A stretch of DNA of 63,977 nt, filler included, from Chiloscyllium plagiosum (Eukaryota): assembly GCF_004010195.1 (NCBI RefSeq). It is 6 parts of one record of this genome, joined end to end, with 100 filler letters (N's around TTAATTAATTAA, not from the genome) between each part and the next. Parts side by side here need not be neighbours in the genome. Positions count along the whole stretch, not along the records: positions 36,364 to 41,843 come from NC_057711.1; positions 41,944 to 60,568 come from NC_057711.1; 4 more parts are not named here. One strand, written 5' to 3'. A model generated the notes under the pieces. The model was not told where the DNA came from. It saw only the letters and a program-made list of their open reading frames with translations, and did not search any database. Positions 36,541-48,130 of the stretch are shown here, in pieces; the first letter of the stretch is position 1, and each line of letters opens with the position of its first letter. Both the position numbers and the translations under genes were made by a program.

Positions 36541-37835
36541 GCTTCCTTCTTTTTCTGAACGAAACCCTCAATTTCTTTAGTCATCCAGCATTCCCTATAC
36601 CTACCAGCCTTTCCTTTCACCTGACAGGAATATACTTTCTCTGGATTCCCGTTATCTCATTTCTGAAGGCTTCCTATTTTCCAGCTGTCCCTTTACCTGC
36701 GAACATCCGCCCCCAATCATACCAGCCTTTCCTTTCACCTGACAGGAATATACTTTCTCTGGATTCCCGTTATCTCATTTCTGAAGGCTTCCTATTTTCC
36801 AGCTGTCCCTTTACCTGCGAACATCCGCCCCCAATCAGCTTTCGAAAGTTCTTGCCTAATACCGTCAAAATTGGCCTTTCTCCAATTTAGAACTTCCACT
36901 TTTAGATCTGGTCTATCCTTTTCCATCACTATTTTTAAAAAATCAAGCCGTAGTCAGAGGGATGATGAAGGGCTTTTGCCCGAACCGTCGATTTTCCTGC
37001 TCCTCAGATGTTGTCTGACCTGCTTTTCCAGCACCACTCTAAGCTTGACTCTGATCTCCAGCATCTGCAGTCCTGACTTTCGCTAATTAACATCCCGTTG
37101 TAATCCGAGGGAAGCTTCTTCGCTGTCCACTACACCTCCAATTTGGGTGTCATCTGCAAACTTATTAACTAAACCTCTTAAACTCACATCCAAATCATTT
37201 ATATAAATGATGAAAAGTAGTGGACCCAGCGCCGATCCTTGTGGCACTCAGTCTGAAAAACAACCCTCCACCACCACCCTCTGTCTTCTACCTTTGAGCC
37301 AGTTCTGTATCCAAATGGTTAGTTCTCCCTGTATTCCATGAGATCTAATCTTGCTAACCAGTCTCGCATTGGGTATCTTTGCCAGCATTTGATATATATC
37401 CCTCTAAACCCTTCCTATTTATAAAGCAATCTAGATGCCTTTTAAATGTTATAGTTGTATCCAGCTCCACCACCTCATTTGGCAGCGCAACCATACGCGC
37501 GCCACCCTCTGTGTGAAAACATTGCCCCTCAGGTCCCTTTAAATCTTTCCCTTCTCATCTTAAACTGAAGCCCTTGAGTTTTAGACTCACCTAACCTGGA
37601 AAAAAAAGGTTTTGGCTATTCACCCTATGTCCTTCATGATTTTATAAACCTTTATAATGTCACCCCACAACCTCCAACGCTCCAGGGGAAAAGAAAATCC
37701 AGCCTATTCAGCCTCTTCCTATAGCTAAACCCTCCAAACTCAACATTATCCTTATAAACCTTTTCTGAAGCCTTTCAAGTTTAGCATTTTTAGTTTAACA
37801 GGGAGACCAGAATTGAACACAGTATTCAAAAAGGT
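36541..37835 (-). mobile_element. Mosaic of CR1 fragments with a plus-strand PLE terminal repeat at ~36960-37083
   Basis: Segments match the CR1 at 20941-23044; gatgatgaagggcttttgcccgaaccgtcg marks the PLE repeat. Confidence 0.8.
36602..36837. repeat. Perfect 118-bp tandem duplication
   Basis: 36602-36719 is identical to 36720-36837. Confidence 0.9.
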
Positions 37836-38197
37836 TCTTCTTTAAATGCTCTTACTGTGTGATGCCATCAAATTCTTGATAAAGGGGCAATCTGAAACTT
37901 TAACTGACTATTGTGTTGAAGTATCATGTTTAAATGGTTTCTTATGCCTTACATTTTAAGAATCTGATATATGTTCTTTATCGCCTTAATGCTTTCCTCA
38001 TGATCTTGCTCCATTCTTCTCCTGTTCTAATCTTCCCCATCTCTCCGTTATTCCCAAATCCAATTAAAGCTATAAATTATAAATGGCTTCAACCTTTAGA
38101 AACGTACTAATATTATCAAGCCTATGGCCTGCTAAAAGCACCTGTTCTTGTCTTATCTAGAAGCTAAACTGTCTCATGCCTGGTTGGTACTTATATA

Positions 38198-39843
38198 TGA
38201 ACTGAAAATGTGTTGCTGGAAAAGCGCAGCAGGTCAGGCAGCAACCAAGGAGCAGAAGAATCGAAGTTTCGGGCAGAAGCCCTTCTTCAGGAATGAGGAA
38301 AGTGTGTCCAGCAGGCTAAGATAAAAGGTAGGGAGGAGGGACTTGGGGGAGGGGCGTTGGAAATGCGATAGGTGGAGGGAGGTCAAGGTGAGGGTGATAG
38401 GCCGGAGTGGGGGTGAGGGCGGAGAGTCAGGAAGAAGATTGCAGGNNNNNNNNNNNNNNNNNNNNNNNNNNNNNNNNNNNNNNNNNNNNNNNNNNNNNNN
38501 NNNNNNNNNNNNNNNNNNNNNNNNNNNNNNNNNNNNNNNNNNNNNNNNNNNNNNNNNNNNNNNNNNNNNNNNNNNNNNNNNNNNNNNNNNNNNNNNNNNN
38601 NNNNNNNNNNNNNNNNNNNNNNNNNNNNNNNNNNNNNNNNNNNNNNNNNNNNNNNNNNNNNNNNNNNNNNNNNNNNNNNNNNNNNNNNNNNNNNNNNNNN
38701 NNNNNNNNNNNNNNNNNNNNNNNNNNNNNNNNNNNNNNNNNNNNNNNNNNNNNNNNNNNNNNNNNNNNNNNNNNNNNNNNNNNNNNNNNNNNNNNNNNNN
38801 NNNNNNNNNNNNNNNNNNNNNNNNNNNNNNNNNNNNNNNNNNNNNNNNNNNNNNNNNNNNNNNNNNNNNNNNNNNNNNNNNNNNNNNNNNNNNNNNNNNN
38901 NNNNNNNNNNNNNNNNNNNNNNNNNNNNNNNNNNNNNNNNNNNNNNNNNNNNNNNNNNNNNNNNNNNNNNNNNNNNNNNNNNNNNNNNNNNNNNNNNNNN
39001 NNNNNNNNNNNNNNNNNNNNNNNNNNNNNNNNNNNNNNNNNNNNNNNNNNNNNNNNNNNNNNNNNNNNNNNNNNNNNNNNNNNNNNNNNNNNNNNNNNNN
39101 NNNNNNNNNNNNNNNNNNNNNNNNNNNNNNNNNNNNNNNNNNNNNNNNNNNNNNNNNNNNNNNNNNNNNNNNNNNNNNNNNNNNNNNNNNNNNNNNNNNN
39201 NNNNNNNNNNNNNNNNNNNNNNNNNNNNNNNNNNNNNNNNNNNNNNNNNNNNNNNNNNNNNNNNNNNNNNNNNNNNNNNNNNNNNNNNNNNNNNNNNNNN
39301 NNNNNNNNNNNNNNNNNNNNNNNNNNNNNNNNNNNNNNNNNNNNNNNNNNNGGGCTCATGCGGGTGCCCATGGCTACTCCTTTGGTTTGGAGGAAGTAGG
39401 AGGATTGGAAAGAGAAGTTGTTCAGAGTGAGGACCAGTTCAGTCAGTCGAAGGAGGGTGTCAGTGGAAGGGTACTGGTTGGTACGGCGGGAAAGGAAGAA
39501 GCGGAGGGCTTTGAGTCCTTCGTGATGGGGGATGGAGGTGTACAGGGACTGGATGTCCATGGTGAAGATATCTTGCGCTCACACCTCCCCCCTTACTTCC
39601 CTCCAAGGCCCCAAGGGATCCTTCCATATCGTATTTCCTATCGTATTTCCAACGCCCCCTCCTCCATGTCCCTCCTCCTACCTTTTATCTTAGCCTGCTT
39701 GGCACACCTTCCTCATTCCTGAAGAAGGGCTCATGCCTGAAACTTCGATTCTCCTGCTCCTTGGATGCTGCCTGACCTGCTGCGCTTTTCCAGCAACACA
39801 TTTTCAGCTCTGATCTCCAGCATCTGCAGTCCTCACTTTCTCC
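38198..39843 (-). mobile_element. Penelope-like element with inverted terminal repeats and probable 14-bp TSD (906-nt N gap inside)
   Basis: RT MDIQSLYTSIPH...LQTKGVAMGTRM on -; inverted termini; ttggtacttatata (38184-38197) vs ttggtacatagata (39844-39857). Confidence 0.88.
38259..38295 (-). ncRNA. Minimal hammerhead motif (family A); inverted partner at 39715-39750 (+)
   Basis: cattc-CTGAAGA-A-GGGC-TTCT-GCCC-GAAAC-TTC-gatt. Confidence 0.6.
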
Positions 39844-39895
39844 TTGGTACATAGATAGGAAAGCATGCACTAATACCAGGAGTAGTAGGCTTTTA

Positions 39896-40015
39896 GGGGC
39901 ATTTGTCACATAAGGGTGGTGTTCCTTCCTTTGGACCAGGAGACCTGGGATCATGTGTCACCTGTTCCTGGGGTGTGTAATAATTTCTCTGAACAGGTTG
40001 ATTCAAAGATATCTA
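39896..40015 (+). mobile_element. Short tRNA-like SINE, third type
   Basis: Similar to 18912-19024 and 63510-63615. Confidence 0.5.
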
Positions 40016-41066
40016 CAGATAATTTACTTTCCAAAATTGTTGCAATGTGGTAGCCCATATTTCAGGAGCCAAATGCACAAAAATGTGATCAGTTTGTTAA
40101 GTATTTAGCAGTGGGCGTTGTCTCACAAGTTTTCTCAAATTTACACCCAATGTTAACTTTGTCAACAGCAATTCAGAAAAATTCTCAAATGTCACATTTG
40201 TTAACCACTGACAAAGTTGAACTTGAATATCCAGCTGAAGTTGATCCATACTTCACTTTTTAACAAGTGTACTTATTTGTAATATGCAATAATGTTGTTC
40301 TGGTGGCCTCAACAGACAGTATGTTAAGGCAAAGATATTTTATGTGGCTATTTTGCTAATGACCACAACATAACCAGATAGGATTTAATTTTCTTTTGGC
40401 TAACAAACTGATTGACATTCTTATGTAAAATTCCTTTGGGCATTACTGTAAAGAAATTATTAAAATAAACAAGTTAATAATGGTGTTGAAGTAGACAGCA
40501 TATACAAATTTTACGTGAATATTTTAAGAATACAACATGAGAGAAAATGAACCTCATGCTTTAACATCAAAGGCTACAGCACATGCTGGACACTTTGAAT
40601 GAGATGCTGTTGCAGTTTACAATTATAAAATGCACATGAATTATGGGAACTATGGACCGAATTTATTTAAAGGATAGGTTGACCCTTCGACAAGACCGAA
40701 AATGGGACATTACCCTGCACAGGTAGATGGTGAGAGCCTGGGCAGAATTTTGCCAGCAGCAGTTAATTAAGATGCCAGTGTCAGATTGCTGTCAAACTGA
40801 GGCCAGTAATCTGCTTTCCAGAGTTGTCGGCCAAAATGAGCTGTCGCCACAATGGTACCGAGAGAAGGGACTACTTTTGCAATAGCAGGAAGAAGAGGCA
40901 GTCCCTGTGCTGAGACATCCTAAAAGGCTAGATCACTTTTTCTTATTAATCATGTAGGGACAAAGCAGGCAGGTCCCAGCAATTGGAAGAGCCAAGCACA
41001 GGAGTAGTGTCCTTGCTGCAGGCAACCATTGCCAGCAAAGGGCGTGTAAATGGGCTGTGGAACAGC

Positions 41067-41843
41067 CATAAGACCATAAGACCATAAGACATAGGAGTGG
41101 AAGTAAGGCCATTCGGCCCATCGAGTCCACTCCGCCATTCAATCATGGCTGATGCGCATTTCAGCTCCACTTACCAGCGTTCTCCCCGTAGCCCTTAATT
41201 CCTCTAGACAACAAGAATCTATCAATCTCGGCCTTGAAGACATTTAGCGTCCCGGCTTCCACTCCGTGGCAATGAATTCCACAGGCCCACCACTCTCTGG
41301 CTGAAGAAATGTCTCCGCATTTCTGTTCTGAAATAACCCCCTCTAATTCTAAGGCTGTGTCCACGGTATCCTAGTCTCCTCGTCTAACGGAAACAATTTC
41401 CTAGCATCCACCTTTTTCAAGCCATGTGTTATTTTGTACGTCTCTATTAAGTCTCCCCTTAATCTTCTAAACTCCATCGAATACAATCCCAGTATCCTCA
41501 GCCGTTCCTCATATGTTAGACCTGTCATTCCAGGGATCATCCGTGTGAATCTCCGCTGGACACGTTCCAGTGCCAGTATGTCCTTCCTGAGGTGTGGGGA
41601 CCAAAACTGGACACAGTACTCCAAATGGGGCCTAACCAGAGCTTTATAAAGTCTTAGTAGTACATCTCTGCTTTTATATTCCAACCCTCTTGAGATAAGA
41701 GACAACATTGCATTCGCTTTCTTAATCACGGACTCAACCTGCATGTTTACCTTTAGAGAATCCTCAACTAGCACTCCCAGATCCCTCTGTACTTTGGCTT
41801 TACGAATTTTCTCACCGTTTAGAAAGTAGTCCATGCTTGTATT
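41067..41843 (-). mobile_element. Young CR1 3' end (subfamily with (CATAAGAC)n tail on +)
   Basis: Open ORF 41349..41834 with RDLGVLV...RPHLEYCVQFWSP...LRGDLIETYK. Confidence 0.92.
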
Positions 41844-41943
41844 NNNNNNNNNNNNNNNNNNNNNNNNNNNNNNNNNNNNNNNNNNNNTTAATTAATTAAN
41901 NNNNNNNNNNNNNNNNNNNNNNNNNNNNNNNNNNNNNNNNNNN

Positions 41944-44900
41944 ATCAATGTGCGCAGCATAAAATCTGCTGGGCGATGTGTTTCAACACTGGCCTTTCTG
42001 ACCAACGTAAAGCCGATGTGCTGTTTCTGCAGGAGTGTGGGATACCGCACCTCAGCAGTTACAGGAGATGGTCGAGCTTGTGGGCCCATGGGCCGTCAGT
42101 GTGGTCGGGGGGCAACGATAACCGCTCCTTAGGCCTGTGTATTCTGTTACGGGGAAGCAACTTCACCATCTCCGAGGTTAAGGAGGTAGTGGGCGGGCGC
42201 CTCCTCGTTGCTGATGTTACATACAGAAACGCTCCCGTGAGACTAATCAATGTGTACGCCCCAGCGGGTAAGAGTGAACGGTTGGCCGTCCTGCAACAGC
42301 TTCCACTGTTGCTGGCTACGTCCAGGCCGGTCATTCTGGCCGGAGACTTCAACTGTATCATAGATGCAGATGGACGATCCGGCGGGGGGGAACAGTAAAC
42401 TGGACGCCACGTCCAGAGCCCTGATGGACACGGTCAAAGATGCCAAGCTGCACGACGTCTTCAGCACCCTTGCAGACGGAGCGCAGCGTAGATACACCTG
42501 GTAACGGGCAGACGGGTCTATCCGCTCAAGGATAGATTACCTGTTTGTGTCCCGAATGCTCTCGGTCAGATCCACCGACATGAAGCCAGTGTTCTTCTCT
42601 GACCACTGCCTCCTGTTGGCCGACTGTCACCTACAGGACGAGCAGCGGGCTTGTAAGGGAACGTGGAAACTGAACACCAAGCTGTTGACCCCGGGAAACA
42701 TCGAGGAACACAAATGGGATTACGCAGGTTGGAGAACAGTGAAGCCCCTCTTTGAGTCTCCAGCGGACTGGTGGGAAACAGTAAAAGGGAACATCAAGAG
42801 GTTCTTCATCCTCAAAGGTGTTCAGGAGGTGAGAGAGAGGCGGGGAAAAACCAGGAAAGTATGCAGAACCTGCTCCTGCTGCAGACGTTGGGGGTCGATG
42901 TCCAACGACCTCAAGGAGGTGAAGGGCCAGCAAGCCTCGCTCTTTGCCTCGGAGGCCTCCAAGATAATCTTCCGGTCCAGGGTCCGCTCGGTGGAGCAGT
43001 ACGAGACGTGCTCACGTTTCTTCTTCCAGAAGGTGCACAAAGAGAGCTCTGTGCTCAGCAGCCTGAAGGAAGAAGATGGCTCGGTAACGTCTTCTCAGGC
43101 TGACATCATGAGGATCAGCAAATCCTTCTATGCCAGTCTGTATGACTCGAAGCCAACCGACAGCGTGGCCTCCAAGTCGTTCCTGTCCTCTATCACGGAG
43201 GTCCTAGACAACGGAACACGAGAGAGGCTGGACCAGCCGCTATCTCTGGATGAGCTGACCAAGGCCCTCGAGTCCTTCGAAAAGAATAAAACTCCCGGAA
43301 GCGACGGCTTACCGGTCGAGCTCTATTCCGCTCTTTGGGATTTGATTGGTCGGGACCTGCTGGAGGTGTATGTCAGTATGCTTCGGGCAGGTACCATGAG
43401 TGAATCCATGAGGAAAGGCATCATCACCCTCATCTACAAGCAGAAGGGGGAGAGGGAAGAAATTAGAAATTGGAGACTGTTAAACACAGACTACAAAATC
43501 TTGTCAAAGGTCATCGCCAACTGGGTCAGGTCTGCTCTGGGATCGGTGGGATCGGTTGACCAAACCTGTGCTATACCGGGCAGGAAGATCGCTGAGAGTC
43601 TCGCACTCCTCAGGGATACGATCGCCTACGTGCAGAACAGGGGGTTGGACACCTGCCTGATCAGCCTGGACCAGGAGAAAGCCTTTGACAGGATATCACA
43701 CACGTATATGAGAGATGTTCTCTCCAAAATGGGCTTTGGGGAGGGAATCTGCAATTGGATCAGACTGCTCTACACCAACATTGTCAGTGCAGTCTCAATC
43801 AACGGGTGGGAATCAGATAGCTTCCCAGTCAGATCTGGAGCCAGGCAGGGCTGCCCATAGAGCTATTTGCCGAGTCCATCAGGAAGGATGCGGGCCTGAG
43901 AGGGGTGACTATTCCTGGCAGCGGGGGCCTGCAGGTTAAGGCCTCCCTGTACATGGATGAGGTCGCCGTTTTCTGCTCGGATCCGCTGTCCGTGCGCAGA
44001 CTCATGTGCATCTGTGACCAGTTCGAGCGGGCCTCGGGGGCCAAGGTAAACCGAGGCAAGAGCGAGGCCATGCTCTTTGGGAACTGGGCCGACCAATCCT
44101 CTATCCCCTTCACCGTCAGGACTGACCACCTGAAGGTGCTGGGTATTTGGTTCGGGGGGCTGGGGCGTGCGCCAAGACCTGGGAGGAGCGGATCAGGAAG
44201 GTGAGACAGAAACTGGGCAGATGGGAGCAACGGTCGCTCTCCATCGCGGGTAAAAACCTGGTCATCAGGTGTGAGGTACTCTCAGTATTGTTATACGTGG
44301 CACAGGTCTGGCCTATCCCCAGAACCTGTGCCGCCGCAGTCACCCGGGCCATCTTCCACTTCATGTGGAGATCAAAGATGGACCAAATCCGAAGAGACGT
44401 AATGTACAAAGACCGGTGCAATGGGGGAAAAAACACACCCAATGCAACCCTCACCCTGATGGCCATCTTTGTATGTGGCTGCATCAAGCTGTGCGTGGAT
44501 CCCCGGTACGCAAACACCAAGTGTCACTACGTACTGAGGTTCTACCTGTCCCCGGTGTTGCGAAGGATGGGCCTGGCCTCGCTGCCGCGGAATGCTCCGA
44601 ATAGTTGGACCATTCCGTACCACCTGTCCTTCGTGGAGAAATTTATCAAGAAAAACACCTTTGACCACAAGTCCATCAGGAAGTGGTCAGCACGTAGTGT
44701 CCTTGGGACCCTTCGGGAAAAGGAGAGGGCAGATCCTGTTGAGCGGTTCCCTGAGCAGACTGTCAAAGCCATTTGGCAGAATGCCTCATCGCCAGAACTT
44801 TCCAACAAGCACCAAGTCATGGCTTGGCTGGTGATGAGAAGGGCTCTGCCTGTGAGATCATTTATGCACGCCCAGACTCTCTGCCGCACTGCACACTGCC

Positions 44901-45489
44901 CTCGAAGCGGCTGCGGGGGGGACGAGATTGTCACATACCTCCTTCTGGAATGTGCCTATGCAGAGGAAGTCTGGAGAGGAATGCAGTGGTGTTTGTCAAG
45001 GTTCGTCCCGAGCAGCGCCGTGACGCGGGACTCCGTGCTCTACGGCCTGTTCCCCGGGACGCACACCGAGACGAACATCAACTGTGCCTGGAGGATCATC
45101 ATCTCGGTGAAGGACGCTCTCTGGGTGGTCCGAAACCTGTTGATCTTCCAGCTGAAGGAGTTGACCCCGACTGAGTGTTGCAGACTGGCACATTCCAAGG
45201 TCCAGGACTACGTGTTGAGGGACGCGCTGAAGCTTGGGGCAGCTGCCGCCAAGGCGCGGTGGGGAAAGACCACCGTCTAACATTTGCCTGCCTAAGAAGT
45301 ACGGGGGGCCCACGCAGTCATTTGGGCTCCGCTGGCGCCTCAGCTCAATGTAATCGCACTAACCTGTGAATAGGAATGACTACCCTGTTTTCGATACGCA
45401 AAGAAATGGAATGTTTACAGAATGATGACATGTCCAATTGTATAGATTAAATATATATGAATAAAGTATATTTTTGAAATAAGAAAAAA
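41944..45489 (+). mobile_element. Tx1-type LINE: near-complete ORF2 (APE, RT, C-terminal Zn knuckle), 3' UTR, polyA; disrupted
   Basis: AGDFNC, KTPGSDGL, SLDQEKAFDR, RQGCP, YMDE, CPRSGCGGDE..YLLLEC; stop at 45280; aataaa and A-rich tail. Confidence 0.95.
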
Positions 45490-47126
45490 TGAGAGAGGTC
45501 CTCTCAAAAATGGGCTTTGGGGAGGGAATCTGCAATTACACCAACATTGTCAGTGCAGTCTCAATCAATGGGTGGGAATCAGATAGTCAGATCTGGAGTC
45601 AGGCAGGGCTGCCCTCTCTCTCTCTCTCCTGCCTTGTTTATGTGCTGCGTAGAGCCATTTGCCGAGTCCATCAGGAAGGATGCGAGCCTGAGAGGGGTGA
45701 CTATTCCTGGCAGCGGGGGCCTGCAGGTTAAGGCCTCCCTGTACATGGATGATATCACCGTTTTCTGCTTGGATCCACTGTCTGTGCGCAGACTCATGTG
45801 CATATGTGACCAGTTCGAACGGGCCTCGGGGGCCAAGGTAAACCGAGGCAAGAGCGAGGCTATGCTCTTCGGGAACTGGGCCGACCAATCCTCGATCCCC
45901 TTCACCGTCAGGACCGACCACCTGAAGGTGCTGGGTATTTGGTGCGGAGGGGCTGGGGCGTGCGCCAAGTCTTGGGAGGAGCGTATCAGCAAAGTGAGGC
46001 AGAAACTGGGCAGATGGAAGCAACGGTCGCTCTCCATCGCGGGTAAGAACCTGGTCATCAGGTGTGAGGTACTCTCAGTATTGTTATACGTGGCACAGGT
46101 CTGGCCTATTCCCAGAACCTGTGCCGCTGCAGTCACCCAGGCCATCTTCCAGTTNNNNNNNNNNNNNNNNNNNNNNNNNNNNNNNNNNNNNNNNNNNNNN
46201 NNNNNNNNNNNNNNNNNNNNNNNNNNNNNNNNNNNNNNNNNNNNNNNNNNNNNNNNNNNNNNNNNNNNNNNNNNNNNNNNNNNNNNNNNNNNNNNNNNNN
46301 NNNNNNNNNNNNNNNNNNNNNNNNNNNNNNNNNNNNNNNNNNNNNNNNNNNNNNNNNNNNNNNNNNNNNNNNNNNNNNNNNNNNNNNNNNNNNNNNNNNN
46401 NNNNNNNNNNNNNNNNNNNNNNNNNNNNNNNNNNNNNNNNNNNNNNNNNNNNNNNNNNNNNNNNNNNNNNNNNNNNNNNNNNNNNNNNNNNNNNNNNNNN
46501 NNNNNNNNNNNNNNNNNNNNNNNNNNNNNNNNNNNNNNNNNNNNNNNNNNNNNNNNNNNNNNNNNNNNNNNNNNNNNNNNNNNNNNNNNNNNNNNNNNNN
46601 NNNNNNNNNNNNNNNNNNNNNNNNNNNNNNNNNNNNNNNNNNNNNNNNNNNNNNNNNNNNNNNNNNNNNNNNNNNNNNNNNNNNNNNNNNNNNNNNNNNN
46701 NNNNNNNNNNNNNNNNNNNNNNNNNNNNNNNNNNNNNNNNNNNNNNNNNNNNNNNNNNNNNNNNNNNNNNNNNNNNNNNNNNNNNNNNNNNNNNNNNNNN
46801 NNNNNNNNNNNNNNNNNNNNNNNNNNNNNNNNNNNNNNNNNNNNNNNNNNNNNNNNNNNNNNNNNNNNNNNNNNNNNNNNNNNNNNNNNNNNNNNNAAAG
46901 ACCACCGTGTAACATCTGCCTGCTAAGAAGAACAGGGGGCCCACGCAGTCATTTGGGCTCTGCTGACGCCTCAGCTAAAAATGTAATCGTACAGACCTGT
47001 AAATAGGAATGATTACTCTGTCTCTGTATACCAAGAAATGGAATGTTTACGGATGTATGGCATGACCAATTGTACAGATCATCAAAATATTTTATGAATA
47101 AAGTATATTTTTGAAATAAAAAAAAA
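45490..47126 (+). mobile_element. Second, 5'-truncated Tx1-type LINE directly in tandem
   Basis: GVRQGCPLSLSP, YMDD; same 3' UTR ending aataaagtatatttttgaaat(A)n. Confidence 0.93.
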
Positions 47127-47936
47127 GAAGGCCTGACCTGCTCTTCCTTTGATAACTCCCAACTGGCTTTACTTCAAGCGTTCCAATTCATCCACCACCC
47201 CACTATCCATAATTTTACACCCTTCATTGGATAATATTAATTTTTAAAAAGATTTATTATTTTCAATCCTGTCTTTTAATATCGCTATCAACAGGCTTAA
47301 AGGGAGCTGGAGCACCACGGCAGATAAATTGTCAATGGGGCTACTGTGATTATGTTACAACCCTAGAGGTAGTGTTTATCAGCTACCAAATAACCTCGGA
47401 AGGAGCTGAAAGGGGAGAAAAATAGGATTAGAATCCTGAGCTCTAAAATATGAGGAGTGGGAATGGCCTTCTGGTGGGTGTTCTGGTGCTGGCTTCCCTA
47501 TTTTTTGCAAGAGGAGGAAGCAGGCCAAAGTGAAGTCATCCTCTCTCTCTATTTTGACATAAAACCTCATCTGCTGAGACCTTGGACATGGCAGAGGCCT
47601 GTAAGCATTATCCCTTTTCATCTTTGAGGCAGCCTGTCTTGATGGTGCAGTAATGGACATGTTCAGAGGATGGAATCTTGCTGTCTGCCACAACCCAAAA
47701 CACAGAGAGGTTGATCAGGGGTTGTTATGGAAGTCCTTACCTCAGGCAGGAAAATCTAAAAGGATAGAAATCTCGGTTTGTGAAAGAAATGGTGGCAGGA
47801 GTGGAGGCTGCTCAAAGAAAGGGGAAGGTGGAGAGACACAAGCACATGGTTCACACTTCAGCTAGAGCAGAAAATAACTGCATTCTCAGCAGAATTATTT
47901 CAGGTGCGGAGCAAATAAAGAAGTGGGAAAATTGAA

Positions 47937-48130
47937 GTCAGAAGTCACACGACACCAAAAGATTAGTTTGAAATCACAAGCTTTTGGAACATTGCTCCTT
48001 TGTCCTTCACCTGACAAAGGAATAGCACTGTGAAAGCTTGTGATTTCAAAAAAACCTGTTGGACTATAACCTAGTGTTGTGTGACTTCTGATTTTGTCCA
48101 CTCCAGTCCAACATTGGCACCTCCACATCA
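47937..48130. mobile_element. 194-bp foldback PLE-derived insertion (family B) with 12-bp TSD
   Basis: TSD gggaaaattgaa at 47925-47936 and 48131-48142; decayed hammerhead cac-ctgacaa...gaaagctt-gtg and its inverted copy. Confidence 0.85.

Noticed and set aside
38343..46944. Long ORFs of 260-469 aa made mostly of X
   Set aside because: They are open only because they run through N gaps
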